This document shows, piece by piece, positions 62,740 through 64,000 of a stretch of DNA of 64,000 nt. A program made the position numbers and the translations under genes. The number at the start of each line of letters is the position of its first letter. Position 1 is the first letter of the stretch. The stretch lies in contig NW_024055498.1 in the NCBI RefSeq assembly GCF_902713615.1, positions 4,582,554 through 4,646,553 of the forward strand, written 5' to 3'. Origin of the DNA: Scyliorhinus canicula (lineage: Eukaryota). The notes beneath the pieces were generated by a model. The model was not told the origin of the DNA and searched no databases. It worked only from the letters and a program-made list of their open reading frames with translations.

Positions 62740-63130
62740 GTTTCGAAAAATGAGTTGCGAACTTACTGAGATATATAGTATTCTCAGGGCGCTTGACAAT
62801 ATAGATGCTAGAGGTTGTTTCTGCTTTTGGGAGAATCTTGGACCAGAGGGCACAATCGCAGAGTAAGGTGCCGCTCATTTCAGACGAGGATGAAGAGGAA
62901 TTTCTTCTCTCAGAGGGTAGTGATTCTATATAAGTATTTGCCGTAGAGAGGTGGTCTGGTCAATAAATATGTTCCAGGCTGAGACAGACAGATTTTTCAT
63001 CAGGAAGGGAGTCAAGGGTTATGGGGATAAGTAGGAAATATGGAGTTGAGGATTTTACCAGATCAGCCACGATGTCATTGAATGCCAGATCAGATTCCAT
63101 GGGCCGAATGGCCAACTTCTGCTCCTATAT
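62740..63130 (+). mobile_element. Degenerate CR1 3' fragment
   Basis: gaggaatttcttctctcagagggtag...gggccgaatggccaacttctgctcct. Confidence 0.65.
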
Positions 63131-64000
63131 ATTATGGTTTTATGGCAACTGGGGGACTTTCAATTGAATGAATTAATATATCTGAAACAAATCGTCGTGT
63201 CATTTACAATACTGATGAAGTTATCGAAATTTCCCAAAGCCCAGCAGGTTCACCAACATCCTTCAGGAGAAGAAATCTTCCCTCCTTACTCTGTTTTGCC
63301 TATATGTGACTAGATCAGCAGTGATGGATTGACTATTAACTGTCTTTGATACTGCTGAGCAAGAACGTCAGTTGATGGGAAGTTGCTACAGAAAGTCAAA
63401 TGTGATAAAACCGCTCGAAGGGCACCTTATCAAAAGGTGGCTCACATCCGGCTTCTCGGAATGGACAGTTAATGCTGACTTTGTTACTGATGGCCATATG
63501 GCGAGAATGAACTAAAACTGTGCAAAGTGCTGAAGATTCTGGAAATCTAAAACAAAAACAACAAAGTAGGCTGCTCAGCAGGTCAGTGAGCATCTGCAGA
63601 GAGAGGAACAGATTCACATTTCAGGTGGATTACCTTATTGATATAATTCTGAAGAGCAGAGCTACTTTTCCCAGTATCTTGGACCAATGTCCGTTCTTCA
63701 TCTAAAATCACAGATTAATTGGTCACTTATCACATCTCAGTTTGTGGGAGCTTGCTGTGCACAAATTCCCTGCTCTGTTTCCAACATTACAGCAGTGACT
63801 AAATTCAGCAAAAATATATCAGTGAGTTTTAAGGGCGTTGTTGGTGACCTGAAGTCGGGTAAAGCGTTTCACAAATGCAAGCGTTTTCCAAATGTTAACA
63901 TTTTAAAATGCAAGTTGTAATTTGTCAAAAGATCTGAGATTGGTGTGACTATAGGTCACTCTTCTGGCTGATGTTTGAATCTATCTACTTTAAATCGGTT

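Noticed and set aside
62637-62853. N-terminal about 70 aa of the 806-aa ORF
   Set aside because: It is read-through into unrelated flank beyond the CR1 5' truncation point, not part of the pol protein.

Overview
Repeat-rich vertebrate genomic DNA, inferred to be from a shark (HE1-type SINEs, CR1/L1/Rex1/Penelope retroelements, shark-type antigen-receptor genes), most likely part of the TCR alpha/delta locus region. 3.6-4.5 kb: a GPR139/GPR142-like 7TM receptor exon followed by minisatellites. 5.7-26.3 kb: duplicated blocks of tRNA genes and pseudogenes (Arg, Val, Asn, and Pro genes carrying 18-nt intron-like inserts), interleaved with two TCR V pseudogenes on the minus strand. 29.6-47 kb: mostly LINE/SINE debris plus an orphan diverged RSS array. 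48.3-53.5 kb: a germline NAR-TCR-type cassette (leader + NAR-like V, one 12/12 D, a J, and a leaderless supporting TCR-delta V). The supporting V is followed by a tandem array of 23 copies of its own 23-RSS, and V plus array lie between about 1.1-kb imperfect inverted repeats. 59.6-62.6 kb: a young CR1 whose pol frame is broken by one nonsense codon. All calls are by eye; no database search or tool was run.
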